64,000 nucleotides of DNA from an uncultured virus (IMG/VR IMGVR_UViG_2904584206_000001) (IMGVR_UViG_2904584206_000001), one strand, 5' to 3'; positions 9,440-19,971 are shown, numbered from the stretch's first letter. A program made the numbers and translations. Notes: generated by a model from the letters alone, not told the origin.

Positions 9440-10282
9440 ATGGCAACCAAGAGCAAATTTTTCCGCGTCGCGACCGAGGGCGCGACCACCGACGGCCGTA
9501 GCATCAGCCGCGAGCAAATCCAGCAGATGGCCGACAGCTACAACGTGAAAACCTACGGTGCTCGCGTGTGGGTCGAACACCTGCGCAGCTTGCTTCCTGA
9601 TGGCCCGTTCAAGGCCTACGGCGATGTGCTGGCAGTGAAGGCCGAAGAGGTCGACACCGAGAACGGCAAGCGCCTGGCCCTGTTCGCTCAGATCGAACCC
9701 ACGCCCGCGCTGATCGCCATGAACAAGGACCGCCAAAAGATTTTCACCAGCATCGAGCTGGCCGACAAGTTCGCTGATACCGGCAACTCCTATCTGGTCG
9801 GCCTGGCCGTGACCGACAGCCCCGCCAGCCTGGGCACCGAGATTCTGCAGTTCTCGGCCACCAATCCCAAGGCCTCGCCCTTTACTCCCCGCAAGCTGAA
9901 GCCGGAGAACCTGTTCTCTGAAGCCATCGAGGCCAAGCTCGAATTCGAAGAAGACGGCCCGAGCGTGGCCGAAACCATCAAGCAATTGTTCAGCCGCATC
10001 GGCGGTGGTGAGAAGAAGGCTGATGCCCAGCACGCCGACGTGGTCGCCGCCATGACCGCCGTGGCCGAGAAGGTCGGCGAGTTCGCGCAGTCCGCCACGC
10101 AGGCGGGCAAGGATGTGGCCGAGGCGGTGGCCCGGCTGGAGAAGCTGGAAAAGCGCGTGGGAGATGAATCGACCGCTGCCGAGCAATTCCGCCAAACCAT
10201 CAACCTGACCGACAAGAGCAAAGTGCAGCGCCCGCCAGCCACCGGTGGCGGCAACAGCGGTACCGTGCAGACCGAGTTCTAA
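9440..10282 (+). CDS. O: Capsid scaffolding protein (P2 gpO)
   Basis: EGATTDGR, YLVGLAVTDSPASLGTE. Confidence 0.95.
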   Translation: MATKSKFFRVATEGATTDGRSISREQIQQMADSYNVKTYGARVWVEHLRSLLPDGPFKAYGDVLAVKAEEVDTENGKRLALFAQIEPTPALIAMNKDRQKIFTSIELADKFADTGNSYLVGLAVTDSPASLGTEILQFSATNPKASPFTPRKLKPENLFSEAIEAKLEFEEDGPSVAETIKQLFSRIGGGEKKADAQHADVVAAMTAVAEKVGEFAQSATQAGKDVAEAVARLEKLEKRVGDESTAAEQFRQTINLTDKSKVQRPPATGGGNSGTVQTEF

Positions 10283-10333
10283 GCCACCGGCCGACGAAGC
10301 AACCCATTTCCGCATTTCACTGGAGCAGAACAC

Positions 10334-11377
10334 ATGAAGAATCAGACCCGCGCCGCCTATAACGCCTACACCTCGCGCCTGGCCACGCTCAATGATGTCG
10401 CCGGCGGCGCCGTCCACTCCACCTTCTCGGTGGACCCGAGCGTGCAGCAGAAGCTCGAAGACAAAATGCAGGAATCGTCCGAATTCCTGGGCAGCATCAA
10501 TATCATCGGCGTCGATGAGCTGGAAGGCGAGAAAATCGGCCTGGGTGTGTCCGGCCCCATCGCCAGCCGCACCGATACGCGCGGCGACAAGCGCCGCAGC
10601 ACCCGCGATGCGTCGGCCATGACGAACACCCGCTATCGCTGCGAGAAGACCAATTTCGATACCCACATCACCTATGCCAAGCTGGATGCCTGGGCCAAGT
10701 TCAAAGACTTCCAGACCCGCGTGGCCAATGCGATCCTGAAGCGCCAGGCGCTGGACCGCATCATGATCGGTTTCAACGGCGTGAAGGTCGCGGCGGATAC
10801 CAATCTGACGCAGTATCCGCTGCTGCAGGACGTGAACAAGGGCTGGTTGCAACAGATCCGCGAGAACTCGCCGCAGCGCGTCATGGGCCTGGTCGGCCAG
10901 GACCTGCCCGGCAAGGTGATCATCGGCGGTGGTGCCGGTGCGGACTATGCGAACCTCGATGCTGCCGTATATGACGCGGTGACCAATCTGGACCCGTGGT
11001 ATCAGGACGATACCGGCCTGGTGGTCATCGTCGGCCGTGAACTGCTGCACGACAAGTATTTCCCGCTGATCAACAAGGACAAGGCCCCGACCGAGACTCT
11101 GGCCGCAGACATCATCATCAGCCAGAAGCGTATCGGCGGCCTGCCGGCGGTGCGCGTGCCGTCCTTCCCGGCCAATGCCATGCTGATTACCCGCCTGGAC
11201 AACCTGTCGATCTACTTCCAGAACGGCGGCCGCCGTCGTCGTGTGGTGGACGAACCGAAGGCCGACCGCATCGAGAACTATGAATCGTCCAATGACGCCT
11301 ATGTGATCGAGGACGAGGGCCTGGCCGCCCTGGTGGAAAACGTGGTGCTGCAGGATGCGGCAGCGGGCGGCGCCTGA
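10334..11377 (+). CDS. N: Major capsid protein (P2 gpN)
   Basis: LDRIMIGFNG, LLQDVNKGWLQ, LDNLSIY. Confidence 0.95.
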   Translation: MKNQTRAAYNAYTSRLATLNDVAGGAVHSTFSVDPSVQQKLEDKMQESSEFLGSINIIGVDELEGEKIGLGVSGPIASRTDTRGDKRRSTRDASAMTNTRYRCEKTNFDTHITYAKLDAWAKFKDFQTRVANAILKRQALDRIMIGFNGVKVAADTNLTQYPLLQDVNKGWLQQIRENSPQRVMGLVGQDLPGKVIIGGGAGADYANLDAAVYDAVTNLDPWYQDDTGLVVIVGRELLHDKYFPLINKDKAPTETLAADIIISQKRIGGLPAVRVPSFPANAMLITRLDNLSIYFQNGGRRRRVVDEPKADRIENYESSNDAYVIEDEGLAALVENVVLQDAAAGGA

Positions 11378-12096
11378 TGTCCCGCCTGTCTCCTGCTGCG
11401 CGCCACCGGGAGCGCATGCTCGGCAAGCTGGCGGCGTCCGCCGGCGAGCCGGGCGGCGTGACCACCGGCAGCGCCTATGAGCTGATGCTGATGAAGCTCC
11501 ACGAAGACCGGCGCACGCTGTCCAACATCCAATCCATCGAACGCAAAATCGAGATGAAGGCCACCCTGCTGCCGGCCTATCAGGACTGGATTGATGGCGT
11601 ACTGTCGGGCGGCCGTGGCGCCCACGACGAAGTTCTGGTCAATGTGCTGGTGTGGCACATCGATGTCGGTGACTACGAACGCGCCCTGCAGCTCTCGGCC
11701 TATGCGCTGGAACACAAGTTCACTTTACCGGATCGCTACAACCGCACCTTGCCCACGCTGCTGCAGGACGATTTCGCCGGCGCCAGCCTGGGCGGCAAGC
11801 TGAAGGATGACCCGGCCCGCGCGGCCGAGATCCTGCAACAGGTGCTGGCCATGACCGGCAATGCCGATACCCCCGACCAGGCGCGTGCCAAGGTGCATAA
11901 GGCGCTGGGCCTGGCACTGCTGGAGTTAGTCAATCAGGTGGACGCCGAGAACATCACGGCGGCCACGGCTGACAGGGCCTCGGCTTCGCTGCAGCACCTC
12001 ACCCGTGCGAGCGAGCTGCACCAAGCGGCCGGCGTCAAGAAGGAAATCGAGCGGCTGGAACGGCGACTCAAAAAGTTCGCCGAACCGGCCAAGTAA
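11377..12096 (+). CDS. M: Terminase endonuclease subunit (P2 gpM)
   Basis: SPAARH, IQSIERK, GVKKEIERL; synteny. Confidence 0.9.
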   Translation: MSRLSPAARHRERMLGKLAASAGEPGGVTTGSAYELMLMKLHEDRRTLSNIQSIERKIEMKATLLPAYQDWIDGVLSGGRGAHDEVLVNVLVWHIDVGDYERALQLSAYALEHKFTLPDRYNRTLPTLLQDDFAGASLGGKLKDDPARAAEILQQVLAMTGNADTPDQARAKVHKALGLALLELVNQVDAENITAATADRASASLQHLTRASELHQAAGVKKEIERLERRLKKFAEPAK

Positions 12097-12185
12097 AGAG
12101 CACCCCACGGCGCAGGGGCGGCCCGAGACGGAAGCGACATTGTTCGTCGGATGTCTCGGCCACCGCCCCCCACATATTCAAAACC

Positions 12186-12677
12186 ATGAGCTATATCGAC
12201 GAGGTGCCGGTAACGGCGGGGCCGACCATGCCGGCGGACGTGAAGGCCATCACCAATGACGGCTTTTTCCCCGACATCAGCATGCCAGCCATGCGGGATG
12301 CTATGCGGCTGGATTCGACCGTGACCGACGCGCGCCTGCGTCCGGCCCTGGTGGACGCGATCCTGACCACGAATCGGCTACTGCGTGAATGGCAGGCCAG
12401 TTACCTGGCCAAGGGCATCCAGAAGCTGGAAGAGGTGCCCGCGCTCAAGGTGGACGGCGAAAGCCAGTACGTCGCGCACTACCGTCGTGCCGTCTACAGC
12501 TTCGCCAAGGCAGACATCTTCGAGAGCTATCGGGACTACGACACTACCGCGAGCGCGCTGACCGACAAGAAGAACATGGAATGGATGGACACGGCGCCGG
12601 ACGTGCAGCGCCGTAACGGCCATTGGGCCATCAATGACATTCTCGGCCGCACGCATGCGACCGTGGAGCTGATCTGA
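12186..12677 (+). CDS. L: Head completion protein (P2 gpL)
   Basis: NDGFFP, YRRAVY, YRDYD, C-terminal TVELI. Confidence 0.9.
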   Translation: MSYIDEVPVTAGPTMPADVKAITNDGFFPDISMPAMRDAMRLDSTVTDARLRPALVDAILTTNRLLREWQASYLAKGIQKLEEVPALKVDGESQYVAHYRRAVYSFAKADIFESYRDYDTTASALTDKKNMEWMDTAPDVQRRNGHWAINDILGRTHATVELI

Positions 12678-12886
12678 TGCAGGTGCGCAGCCAGCAGGGC
12701 GACACGCTCGATGCATTGGTGTTTCGCTACCTGGGTGCCAGTAGCGGCTATGTGGAGCAGGCGTTAGCGCTCAATCCAACCTTGGCCGCCTTGGGGGCGG
12801 TGCTGCCATCGGGCACGATGGTCACGCTGCCCACTGCAGCAGAAGCGCCCAGCACCACGCAAGACAGCATCAGCCTGTGGGATTGA
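12677..12886 (+). CDS. X: Tail protein X
   Basis: QGDTLD...NP.LA...LWD. Confidence 0.9.
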   Translation: MQVRSQQGDTLDALVFRYLGASSGYVEQALALNPTLAALGAVLPSGTMVTLPTAAEAPSTTQDSISLWD

Positions 12887-12890
12887 CAAC

Positions 12891-13301
12891 ATGAATACCA
12901 AATCACTGACAAGGGGAAACCACGTTATGGCAGCAGAATCCGCTGGTGGCATCGCTGCCATCCTGAAAATCTACGGCATCAAGGCCGTGCTCGGCATGGT
13001 CGGTGCCGCGCTGCTCTATATCGTCCTGCCGCCGCGCAATCTCGATGGCTCCTTCAACGAAAAGGAGTTCGTGGTGCGTCTGGCCTGCGCTGGGGCGTTC
13101 TCCATCATGTTTGGCGACCTGGCGTTTTCGGTGCTGCTGCAGCATGTGCCGACGATTGCCGCCGTGCTCGGCCCGAAACCGGTCGATTTGATGGTGGGTG
13201 CGCCGGCCTGGTGGATCACTCGGGCGGTGGCGCTGTGGTTTCAGCGACGCCAGGGCAAGGACATTGCCGAGCTGGCGCGCGACGTGAAGGAAACGCTGTG
13301 A
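12891..13301 (+). CDS. Putative holin
   Basis: Hydrophobic helices; lies between X and the endolysin. Confidence 0.65.
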   Translation: MNTKSLTRGNHVMAAESAGGIAAILKIYGIKAVLGMVGAALLYIVLPPRNLDGSFNEKEFVVRLACAGAFSIMFGDLAFSVLLQHVPTIAAVLGPKPVDLMVGAPAWWITRAVALWFQRRQGKDIAELARDVKETL

Positions 13302-13828
13302 ACGCCACCGACAACCGCCGCGCCTTCCTGGGTATGCTGCGCTTCTCCGAAGGCACGTCCAATTCGCCGACCACGCGCGACCGCGGCTATGACCAGATCG
13401 TCGGGCGCACCCGTTTTACCAGCTACGCCGACCATCCGCGCGTGCGCGTCTGGATTCCTCGCATCAAGAATTGGTCCACGGCAGCCGGCGCGTATCAGTT
13501 GCTGATGCGCTACTACGATATCTACCGCAAGCAGCTCGCGCTGACCGGGTTCGGGCCGGAGGTGCAAGACACCATCGCCCTGCAGCAGATCAAGGAATGC
13601 CGGGCCTTGCCGGATATTGATGCCGGCCGCCTGGCCGACGCCATCGCCAAGTGCAAGAACATTTGGGCTTCCTTGCCAGGTGCCGGCTATGGTCAGTTCG
13701 AGCATCGCTACCTGGATCTCGAAAAGGCATTTACGCGGGAAGGCGGCGAAGCCATCTTGCTGCCGACCCTGAAAACCAGCGAGGAACTGCACTTGGCCTT
13801 CCTGGATGCCGGCGGGGTGTTGGCATGA
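13298..13828 (+). CDS. Endolysin, lambda-R-like lytic transglycosylase
   Basis: SEGT, STAAGAYQ, IWASLPGAGYGQ. Confidence 0.9.
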   Translation: MNATDNRRAFLGMLRFSEGTSNSPTTRDRGYDQIVGRTRFTSYADHPRVRVWIPRIKNWSTAAGAYQLLMRYYDIYRKQLALTGFGPEVQDTIALQQIKECRALPDIDAGRLADAIAKCKNIWASLPGAGYGQFEHRYLDLEKAFTREGGEAILLPTLKTSEELHLAFLDAGGVLA

Positions 13829-14394
13829 CGCTGAACGACACCTGGCGCACCCGGTTGCGTGCTGGGCTCGGCGTCAGCTTGCTGGCGGTGGCCTTTATAT
13901 CCGCCTGGGTCATCCAGGGATGGCGCAAGGATGCCGACATTGACCACCTGAAGGCCGGCATTGCCGTGGCCAATCAGGCAGCGGCCGATGCCAGGGCCGA
14001 ACGCACGCAACAGGTGCTGCAGGCCGAGCGCAACGCACGCAACGCTATCCAGGCCATTACCGACAAGCTCACCAATGAAAGGGATGCCGCCCGCCATGAG
14101 AAAGACACTTACATTGCTGGCGTGCGCAGCGGCGCTATCCGGCTGTCAGTCCCCGTCGTCGCTGCAGTGTCCGCCGGGGCCCGTTGCACAGATACCAGCA
14201 CTGCCGGCGGAGCTGGCCAGGAAGCGCGAGCCGAACTTACGCCAGCGGCAGCAGAGTTTTTTGATGACATCGCCAGCGAAGGTGATGACGCCATCCGACA
14301 AAGCAATGCCCTGATCGACGCCTACAACGCCTTGCGCGACAAACTGAATGTACAAGCCCAAGAACCTGCGGGATTACCTGCGCAAGGCCATTAA
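13825..14394 (+). CDS. i-spanin (Rz-like)
   Basis: N-terminal TM, coiled coil, GAIRLSV, RAEL. Confidence 0.8.
   Translation: MTLNDTWRTRLRAGLGVSLLAVAFISAWVIQGWRKDADIDHLKAGIAVANQAAADARAERTQQVLQAERNARNAIQAITDKLTNERDAARHEKDTYIAGVRSGAIRLSVPVVAAVSAGARCTDTSTAGGAGQEARAELTPAAAEFFDDIASEGDDAIRQSNALIDAYNALRDKLNVQAQEPAGLPAQGH
14096..14314 (+). CDS. o-spanin (Rz1-like lipoprotein) embedded in the i-spanin gene
   Basis: Lipobox LSGC; Pro-rich; alternate frame. Confidence 0.7.
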   Translation: MRKTLTLLACAAALSGCQSPSSLQCPPGPVAQIPALPAELARKREPNLRQRQQSFLMTSPAKVMTPSDKAMP

Positions 14395-14833
14395 GGATCT
14401 GGCACAGAATCCGGACAAGCTGCACATCTTCATCGATGAGGGCGGATCGCGTGCCACGGGCACGGCCGGACTCTCCTTCGAGTATGACTATGTGCTGAAC
14501 CTGATCTTGACCGATATCGGCCTGGACCTCGATCTGGTATTCGTGCCGCTGCTGGCCTGGATGCGGGTTCATCAGCGTGAATCCTTCGCCAACCCCGAGA
14601 ACGCCAAGAAAGCCATCCGCTTCGAAGTGGACATGAATAGCGCCGATTCTCTCGATCTGTCGATCAAGCTGGCGCTCACCGAGCGCACCATTGTGAAGCG
14701 GCAGGACGGCGGCCGGCTGGAGATCATCCACGCGGCCGAGCCTCACATCACCCCGCCATTCGCTGATGACTTCTGGCAGCTCTACCAGGGCGATAGTCTG
14801 CTGGCCGAATGGGACGTACCGAAGCTGCCATGA
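14348..14833 (+). CDS. R: Tail completion protein (P2 gpR)
   Basis: MYKP..LR, LSFEY, LTER. Confidence 0.9.
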   Translation: MYKPKNLRDYLRKAIKDLAQNPDKLHIFIDEGGSRATGTAGLSFEYDYVLNLILTDIGLDLDLVFVPLLAWMRVHQRESFANPENAKKAIRFEVDMNSADSLDLSIKLALTERTIVKRQDGGRLEIIHAAEPHITPPFADDFWQLYQGDSLLAEWDVPKLP

Positions 14834-15294
14834 GCGACGATCTGCAACGCCTCGAAGAATGGGCCGGCGCCCTGATCGCCAAGGTGCAGCCGGCGCAACG
14901 GCGCCAGCTGGTGCGCCAGGTGGCCAATGATCTACGGCGCGAGCATGCGCGCCTGATCGCTCAGCAGGTGTCGCCCGATGGTACGCCCTACCCGGCGCGC
15001 AAGAACCGCAAGGAACTACGTGGCAAGTCTGGTCGGATCAAGCGACAGAAAGCGGCCATGTTCAACAAGCTGCGCACGAATATTTACCTGAAGGTCCAGG
15101 CGGATGCCAACCAGGCATCGGTCGGTTTCTTCGGCAAGGTAGCGCGTATTGCTCGCGTGCATCATGAAGGACTACAGGACAAGGTGGCACCGCGCGGGCC
15201 AAGCTACAAATACCCAGCACGGCCTCTGCTGGGATTCAGAAGCGAAGATTTAACCAACGTGCGAGAATTACTGATCCGACATCTGAACTTATAG
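14830..15294 (+). CDS. S: Virion morphogenesis protein (P2 gpS)
   Basis: PDGTPY.ARK, IARVHH.G, YPARPLLG. Confidence 0.9.
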   Translation: MSDDLQRLEEWAGALIAKVQPAQRRQLVRQVANDLRREHARLIAQQVSPDGTPYPARKNRKELRGKSGRIKRQKAAMFNKLRTNIYLKVQADANQASVGFFGKVARIARVHHEGLQDKVAPRGPSYKYPARPLLGFRSEDLTNVRELLIRHLNL

Positions 15295-15304
15295 GAACGC
15301 ACAA

Positions 15305-16156
15305 ATGAACAAGAAAAATGAAGTGAGCGTTATTGTTCTTGAGCAGATCGCCAGCAAAGATATCGTGAGTCTGATCTTTGATGTCGCACCGCGAAAAGTA
15401 TCGTCCAGAGTTGCCAAATCTGCCGACCATATAAACAAGGCTCAACGATTAATTGATGTCGACGATGAGATGGGCTTCATACGGCTAATAGCAGCAGAAG
15501 AAGAATTGGTCGTAGCTATATTTGAACAACTGAAGCTGAATGCCACTCGGATGCCCGAGCATAGTGATTTTATTAAAAAATATAAAAATCACTATGTGAA
15601 GCTTGCCTTTCCGCCTGTGTTGATCTGCTTAGCTAGCATCTTCGAAAACATATTCAGCACCGGAGTTCACCTGGAAGGATTTGAAGGCCTGAGGTGGACA
15701 GCAAATATTGTGCGTAAAAACAATCGAGTCATATTGAGAATCTCTCCCGAGAACAGCAAGAAATCTTTCGATTTAAATCCATTAGACGTGCAGCTAAACC
15801 GGGGGGAAGATGATGAACGTGTTTCGGACGCCGAACTGTTCTTGGAATTCTCTAGATTTATTAGGGAAAGAGCGGGAAAGTCGGTAAAGGAATTCGTAAC
15901 GGATAGGGCCGATTTCAGAAATAAGATCTTGTATGCGGAAGATGCGGGCTTCGCTACTCTTTACGATAAGCTCGGTGAAGTTTATGAAAAAAGCTTTGTT
16001 CCCAGTTACAGACTCCTATTACAAGTGTTAGCGGTTTTGCTCACAAATGTTCCCCTTTCCAAGAGTTGGGGCGTCGTAGAACAATTCATATCTGTCTACC
16101 GAAGAGTGCTATCAGAATGCAAAATTATACAAACGCAAGATAGCGCTCAAAGCTAA
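15305..16156 (+). CDS. AT-rich moron, AbiV-like HEPN candidate
   Basis: IAAEEE, KNHYVK, RNKILYA; inserted between S and V. Confidence 0.5.
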   Translation: MNKKNEVSVIVLEQIASKDIVSLIFDVAPRKVSSRVAKSADHINKAQRLIDVDDEMGFIRLIAAEEELVVAIFEQLKLNATRMPEHSDFIKKYKNHYVKLAFPPVLICLASIFENIFSTGVHLEGFEGLRWTANIVRKNNRVILRISPENSKKSFDLNPLDVQLNRGEDDERVSDAELFLEFSRFIRERAGKSVKEFVTDRADFRNKILYAEDAGFATLYDKLGEVYEKSFVPSYRLLLQVLAVLLTNVPLSKSWGVVEQFISVYRRVLSECKIIQTQDSAQS

Positions 16157-16223
16157 TCCATAATCAGCGTTATCAACCCGCCGGCACGTGCCTTCGCACG
16201 CGCGATCCGGCAACATGGGTTGC

Positions 16224-16868
16224 ATGACGCCCGACCTCTCCGAACTCGTTCGCACCATCCCAAATTTGATCCGTACCGGCAAGATTGCCGAGATCAATGC
16301 GGACAAGGTGCGCGTGCGCTTGTCGCCTTCGTTGCTCACCACCTGGCTGCAGTGGATTGCGCTGCGCGCGGGTGATGTCATCGATTGGTGCCCGCCGTCC
16401 GTGGGCGAGCAAGTCATCGTCTTCTCGCCCAATGGCGACCTGACCCAAGGTAAAGTCCTGGCCGGCCTGTTCTCGGCCGATTCGCCGGCGCCGCAAACCT
16501 CCCTCAATATCCGCTCCATCCACTACCCGGATGGCGCTGTGGTGCTCTACGATTTCAGCAAACACTCGCTGTCAGCCATACTGCCGGCCGGCAGCTCGGC
16601 CCTGGTGAAGGCAGATGCGGTGACCGCCGATGCACAACAAACTACCTGCACCGGCAATGTGACCATCAAAGGCAATCTCGTTGTGGAAGGCTTCAGCGCC
16701 CTGAACAATGGTGCGAAGGTCCTGGGTGGTGACGGTGGCACCGCGATGGTCATCGATGGCGAGGTGAACGCGACCGGCGATGTGAAGGCCGGCAATATCA
16801 GCCTGCGCAATCACCCGCACGGCGAGATCAAGCGCGGTGATGAGAAGTCGGGAGTGCCGCTGCCATGA
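16224..16868 (+). CDS. V: Baseplate spike (P2 gpV)
   Basis: NLIRTG, PSVGEQV, C-terminal HxH (NHPH). Confidence 0.92.
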   Translation: MTPDLSELVRTIPNLIRTGKIAEINADKVRVRLSPSLLTTWLQWIALRAGDVIDWCPPSVGEQVIVFSPNGDLTQGKVLAGLFSADSPAPQTSLNIRSIHYPDGAVVLYDFSKHSLSAILPAGSSALVKADAVTADAQQTTCTGNVTIKGNLVVEGFSALNNGAKVLGGDGGTAMVIDGEVNATGDVKAGNISLRNHPHGEIKRGDEKSGVPLP

Positions 16869-17209
16869 TCGCCATGAACGCCTCTACCGGCAGCAGCATA
16901 TCTCTGCTGGATCACATCCGGCAGTCCGTGCGCGATATCCTCATGACGCCGCTGGGCACCCGAATCTACCGCCGTGCCTATGGATCGGAAATTCCCGAGC
17001 TGATCGACCAGCCCCTGAATGGGGTGACGGTCATGCGCATCTATGCCGCCGTGGCCTATCGCCTGACGCTGTGGGAGCCGCGCATTTCTCTTTCGTCGGT
17101 GAACATCAACCGGGACGCCAGCGGCGCAATCTCTGTGGTGCTGCAGGGCGTGACCAATGGCACCGCTGTCGAATTCTCCGTGCAGATCCGTGAAGGGGCG
17201 ACGCAATGA
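16865..17209 (+). CDS. W: Baseplate protein (P2 gpW)
   Basis: HIRQSVRDILMTPLG, WEPRI. Confidence 0.92.
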   Translation: MIAMNASTGSSISLLDHIRQSVRDILMTPLGTRIYRRAYGSEIPELIDQPLNGVTVMRIYAAVAYRLTLWEPRISLSSVNINRDASGAISVVLQGVTNGTAVEFSVQIREGATQ

Positions 17210-18129
17210 GCTCGCCCATCGACCTGTCGCTGCTGCCGGCACCGCAAGTGCTGGAAACCCTCGACTTCGAAACGATCCTGGCCAGCCGCAAGGCGGCCGT
17301 GCTGGCGCTGCTGCCGGAAGACGAGCGCGAGGCAGCCGCTAATGTGTTGTCCCTGGAGTCTGAGCCGGCTACCAAGCTGCTGCAGGAGAACGCCTATCAA
17401 GAGCTGTTGCTGCGCAACCGCGTCAACGATGCCGCCAAGGCAGTCATGTTGTCGTTTGCCATCGGAGCAGACCTCGACCAGATCGGCGCCAATACCAACG
17501 TGAAGCGCTTGGTATTGGTCGAAGCTGATCCGGACGCCTCGCCACCGGTGGCCGAGGTCTTGGAAGGTGACGATGCGTACCGCCTGCGCATTCAGGAGGC
17601 GCCTGACGCGCTCTCGACGGCCGGCCCGCGCAATGCCTATGAATTCCATGCGCGCAGTGCTGACGGCCGCGTGCTTGACGCGCGCGCCGTCAGCCCAGCA
17701 CCGTGCGAAGTCGTGGTGGCCGTCTTGGCGAACTCGGATAACTGGCAGGCGCCGGCTGACCTGCTGCAAACCGTCGATGCCGCACTGTCGGCCGAGGATG
17801 TCCGGCCCCTGGGCGATCTGGTCTCGGTGGTACAGGGCCAGGTCACCGACTACGAGCTGGAAGCGGTGGTGTATGTCGAGAAAGGTCCAGAGGCGCCCAT
17901 CGCTCTGAACGCCGCCCGGTCGAACGCGGCCGCCATCTCCAAGCCGCTGCGCCCGCTCGGCTATAGCGTCTATCGCAATGCCTACGTGGCTGCACTGAAG
18001 GTCGAAGGCGTGCGCAATGTCGTCGTGAAATCCCCGGCGGCGGACATTCTGTGCGGGCGCACGCAAGCGGCACGCTGCACCGGCATCACGATCACCGCCG
18101 AGGTGCTGGAAGAGGTGGACGATGTATAA
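17206..18129 (+). CDS. J: Baseplate protein (P2 gpJ)
   Basis: IDLSLLPAP, LESEP, STAGP..AY, VRPLGD. Confidence 0.92.
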   Translation: MSSPIDLSLLPAPQVLETLDFETILASRKAAVLALLPEDEREAAANVLSLESEPATKLLQENAYQELLLRNRVNDAAKAVMLSFAIGADLDQIGANTNVKRLVLVEADPDASPPVAEVLEGDDAYRLRIQEAPDALSTAGPRNAYEFHARSADGRVLDARAVSPAPCEVVVAVLANSDNWQAPADLLQTVDAALSAEDVRPLGDLVSVVQGQVTDYELEAVVYVEKGPEAPIALNAARSNAAAISKPLRPLGYSVYRNAYVAALKVEGVRNVVVKSPAADILCGRTQAARCTGITITAEVLEEVDDV

Positions 18130-18742
18130 CCCGGTCCCGACCCTGCCGCCCAATACCACACCCCTGGAGCGAGCTCTTGCGCGCGCGTGCGCCGCCCTGG
18201 CCGACACGCCGGTGCCGCTTCGTCTGCTGTGGAATCCCGACCGCTGCCCGGTGGAGTTGCTGCCCTTCCTGGCCTGGTCCTTTTCGGTGGATCGCTGGGA
18301 CGACACCTGGCCCGAGACCATCAAGCGCGGCACGATCAAGGCCGCCCGCTACATCCACCAGCACAAGGGCACCATCGCTGCCGTGCGCGGCGTAGTCGAA
18401 TCCCTGGGCTACATCATCAAGATCAGTGAATGGTGGCAGACCGAACCGCGCGGACCACGCGGCACCTTCGCGCTTGAGGTCGGCGTGCTGGATTCGGGCA
18501 TCACCGATGAAATGTTCCTCGAAATGGAACGGCTCATTGACGACGCCAAGCCGCTATCGCGTCATCTGACCGGGCTGCGCATCCATCTGGAGACCCGCGG
18601 AAAAATCAATGTCGGCTCCTATGCGCAGTTCGGCGAGGCCATCACGGTCTATCCCTGGTCACCTGAAAGCATTGAGGCAAGCGGCCGGCCATTTATTGGC
18701 TGTGCCACCCACATCATCGAAATCATGAGCATCTACCCATGA
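18122..18742 (+). CDS. I: Tail protein (P2 gpI)
   Basis: LLPFLAWSFSVDRW, HQHKGT, AKPLSRH. Confidence 0.92.
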   Translation: MYNPVPTLPPNTTPLERALARACAALADTPVPLRLLWNPDRCPVELLPFLAWSFSVDRWDDTWPETIKRGTIKAARYIHQHKGTIAAVRGVVESLGYIIKISEWWQTEPRGPRGTFALEVGVLDSGITDEMFLEMERLIDDAKPLSRHLTGLRIHLETRGKINVGSYAQFGEAITVYPWSPESIEASGRPFIGCATHIIEIMSIYP

Positions 18743-19971
18743 GCACCTATTTTTCTATTCCGACCGAGATCGGCGAGGCCCGAATCGCCAATGCTCTGGC
18801 GCTGGGCATTCCACTGAAGCTCACGCACATGGCCGTGGGCGATGGTAATGGCGTCGTGCCGGTGCCCGACCGCAAGCAGACAAGCCTGATCAAGGAACAG
18901 CGCCGCGCCCCGATCAACACTCTCGACAAGGATCCGAAGAACGCCAGCCAAATCATCATCGAACAGGTGCTGCCGGCAGATGTCGGCGGCTGGTGGGTGC
19001 GTGAAATCGGCATCTTCGACGATGCCGGCAACTTGTGCGCAGTCGCGAACTGCCCGCCCAGCTATAAGCCTCTGCTGAGTGACGGTGCCGGAAAGGATCA
19101 GGTCGTGCGCGTTGTCCTGTTGGTGTCGAGCACCGCAGCCGTCGAGCTGAAAATTGATCCGGCGGTGGTGCTGGCCACTCGCAAATATGCGGATGATGCC
19201 ATCGTGGCCTATGCGGCACCGAAAGCGCATACGCATGCCGACCTGGCACCGCTCAAATCCCCGGTGTTCACTGGCCAGCCGGTAGCACCTACTCCGGCGG
19301 CCGGTGCCGATGTGGGGCAGGTGGCCAATATCGAGTTTGTGGCCAGCGCGATTGCTCAAGCCATGGCGGGCGTGATTCCGTTCCTGACGGCTATTCCCGC
19401 AAAGAAGCTGGTCGATGTCGTGATGGTCAAGAGCATTGGCCTGATGGAGTGGGTGGACGTGGCCGGCACTGGCGAGTTTCATGGTTACCGCACCTTGCGC
19501 TGTGGTGCGTTGGAATTTGGCACCACGGCTGCACCTCGATCGTATGAGGCCGATTTGGTCGGCGGGCTTGGTTCGAAGACTAGCCAGGCATCGATTTGGG
19601 CATGGGCGCAGCAGAACGGGCATAGCGTCGCCGCCGCGAGTTGGAGCGCGAAGACGTTCAAGTTTGCCGATGTGGATGCCAATACCTTCCGCTTTCCGGA
19701 TCTGCGTGACGTGTTTCCCCGTTTCACCGGCACCGATGCCGATAACGGCAGTGCGCGCACACTTGGCGCTTATAAGGGCGACACGCTCAAGGACCACAAC
19801 CACGGCCTGATCTTTTCCAGCGGGGTGGGCGGCACTGATGTCGTTCCCTACGGCGCGGGGGGCTCACAAGCCATTGGCACGCGAGCCGTGACCGGTGTTG
19901 TGGCCGCCGGCATCGCAGGCGCAGAAACAGCCCCCAAACATACCGCATTCAATCCACGTATTCACCTCTGA
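18739..19971 (+). CDS. H: Tail fibre (P2 gpH-like N-terminus)
   Basis: MAVGDGNG, GGWWVREIG, DPAVVLATR; FRFPDLR collar. Confidence 0.9.
   Translation: MSTYFSIPTEIGEARIANALALGIPLKLTHMAVGDGNGVVPVPDRKQTSLIKEQRRAPINTLDKDPKNASQIIIEQVLPADVGGWWVREIGIFDDAGNLCAVANCPPSYKPLLSDGAGKDQVVRVVLLVSSTAAVELKIDPAVVLATRKYADDAIVAYAAPKAHTHADLAPLKSPVFTGQPVAPTPAAGADVGQVANIEFVASAIAQAMAGVIPFLTAIPAKKLVDVVMVKSIGLMEWVDVAGTGEFHGYRTLRCGALEFGTTAAPRSYEADLVGGLGSKTSQASIWAWAQQNGHSVAAASWSAKTFKFADVDANTFRFPDLRDVFPRFTGTDADNGSARTLGAYKGDTLKDHNHGLIFSSGVGGTDVVPYGAGGSQAIGTRAVTGVVAAGIAGAETAPKHTAFNPRIHL

Noticed and set aside
13700..13828. Duplicated L..AF...GG end of the endolysin
   Set aside because: Too short to support a functional claim
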